DNA of 64,000 nt from a virus, in IMG/VR virus record IMGVR_UViG_3300012943_000029, positions 2,176-66,175 of that record; one strand, 5' to 3'. The notes beneath the pieces are model-generated. The model ran no database searches. It worked only from the letters and a program-made list of their open reading frames with translations, and was not told the DNA's origin. This document shows positions 63,339-64,000 of the stretch, piece by piece. The translations under genes were made by a program, and so were the position numbers. Position 1 is the stretch's first letter, and the number at the start of each line of letters is the position of its first letter.

Positions 63339-63599
63339 TTATGGTGCGCCGAAGTATGGACCTTTGATGACTGTAATCTCAACTGCAGGCTTTCCATCTC
63401 TCATTGCGTTCACGAGAAGGTCTGTGTTTTCAGGAAAGAACCTCTTGAGAGAAGTTTTAACCTCGTTGATGTAGTCACGCACCCGGCCTGGCGGCATCTT
63501 GCCAATTTCAACATTGGCAATGATCTTATCGCCTGGACTAATCTCGAGCTTGGCAATGGAGCCGATGGTGACCGGCTCTCTTACCTCACCCTCGATCAT
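63339..63599 (-). CDS. 86-aa protein resembling the portal clip domain
   Basis: VEIGKMPPGRVRDYINEVK aligns without gaps to portal LDVGNMPPVRVKQYIEGVR. Confidence 0.7.
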   Translation of the reverse strand: MIEGEVREPVTIGSIAKLEISPGDKIIANVEIGKMPPGRVRDYINEVKTSLKRFFPENTDLLVNAMRDGKPAVEITVIKGPYFGAP

Positions 63600-64000
63600 G
63601 ACCTGCCGAAGACCTTAGATGTTGGGTCGAGCTGAACTTCGGCTGGGTTGGTGCCGAACTCAGTGCCTACCATCTTGTCGCCACCGTATGACTGCACGTT
63701 CTCGAGCGAACCAGTCGAAGCGCGTGCACCCTTTGGACGCTTGGCCTTGACGTTGTTCGTGTGGAAGAAGTCGAGGGCGTTCATGCCGTTCGAAAGCTTC
63801 GACTGCGAGAGGAGCTCCCAGCACTCGTACTTGTCAGCGTGCTGTGAAGAGACGATCTTCTTGATGCGGCCCTTGTCGATGGAGTGCAGTGGGTCGATGT
63901 CGACGTAGTAAATTGTGCCGTCCTTGAACTTCTTGACTACGAGGATTTCCTTGAGAAGTCCACTGTCGTCAATGTCGCACAGGTAAACGTGCGGGAGGCT
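63596..64000 (-). CDS. hypothetical protein, 5' end outside the window
   Basis: Frame open from 64000 (SLPHVYLCDIDDSGLLKEILVVKK...SNGMNALDFFH...); the ORF track's 63784 start is internal. Confidence 0.75.
   Translation of the reverse strand, partial: SLPHVYLCDIDDSGLLKEILVVKKFKDGTIYYVDIDPLHSIDKGRIKKIVSSQHADKYECWELLSQSKLSNGMNALDFFHTNNVKAKRPKGARASTGSLENVQSYGGDKMVGTEFGTNPAEVQLDPTSKVFGRS

Noticed and set aside
304-63908. Many overlapping antisense or alternate-frame ORFs in the track (e.g. 8659..9177, 17095..17676, 24562..25077, 50317..50892, 56986..57390)
   Set aside because: They shadow well-supported genes, lack SD or promoter context, and show low-complexity or antisense codon signatures typical of GC-rich coding DNA.
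1-64000. Alternative genetic code (stop-codon reassignment)
   Set aside because: Conserved genes are full length in code 11 and TAG, TAA and TGA all end genes at expected positions.
1-64000. CRISPR array, tRNA genes, DGR template/variable repeats, IS elements
   Set aside because: No regularly spaced repeats, cloverleaf, near-identical ~100-bp repeat pair, reverse transcriptase or transposase seen; intergenic gaps are short.

Overview
This window is a segment of a large contractile-tailed (myovirus) phage genome with a T4-like gene set. The very large baseplate genes and overall layout suggest a jumbo phage (inference). Two-component spanins point to a Gram-negative host. The standard genetic code fits: TAG, TAA and TGA all act as stops. 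Layout: (i) 862-11318, minus strand: head module (tape measure-like, portal gp20, prohead protease gp21, several LxE-bearing core/internal proteins, scaffold gp22, major capsid gp23). (ii) 11417-12435: gp26/gp51-like hub chaperones. (iii) 12468-19559, minus strand: recombination/transcription block (minimal PolA-like protein, nucleoside deoxyribosyltransferase-like protein, PD-(D/E)xK resolvase-like protein, a degenerate gp21 paralog, gp46, gp47, gp55 sigma). (iv) 19692-52367, plus strand: late block (cytidylyltransferase-like, baseplate gp53/hub/gp5/gp25/gp6, a 3010-aa and a ~1340-aa structural protein, fibre genes, spanins, an M23+lysozyme-fold hydrolase). (v) 52329-64000, minus strand: Pol-beta-like NTase, UDG-like, degenerate 2OG-Fe oxygenase-like, exonuclease, a 1034-aa ligase-fold protein, gp41 helicase, gp61 primase, a secreted transglycosylase and small ORFs. 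TAAATA late promoters, sigma70-like promoters and UUCG-loop terminators are visible. I saw no CRISPR array, tRNA, intron/intein or IS element. The most unusual observation is two small copies of the phage's own morphogenesis proteins located in non-structural operons: an 86-aa protein matching the portal clip domain, and a prohead-protease paralog with the catalytic positions substituted. They may be decoys or regulators (hypothesis). All functional calls are from motif recognition by eye; no database search was run.
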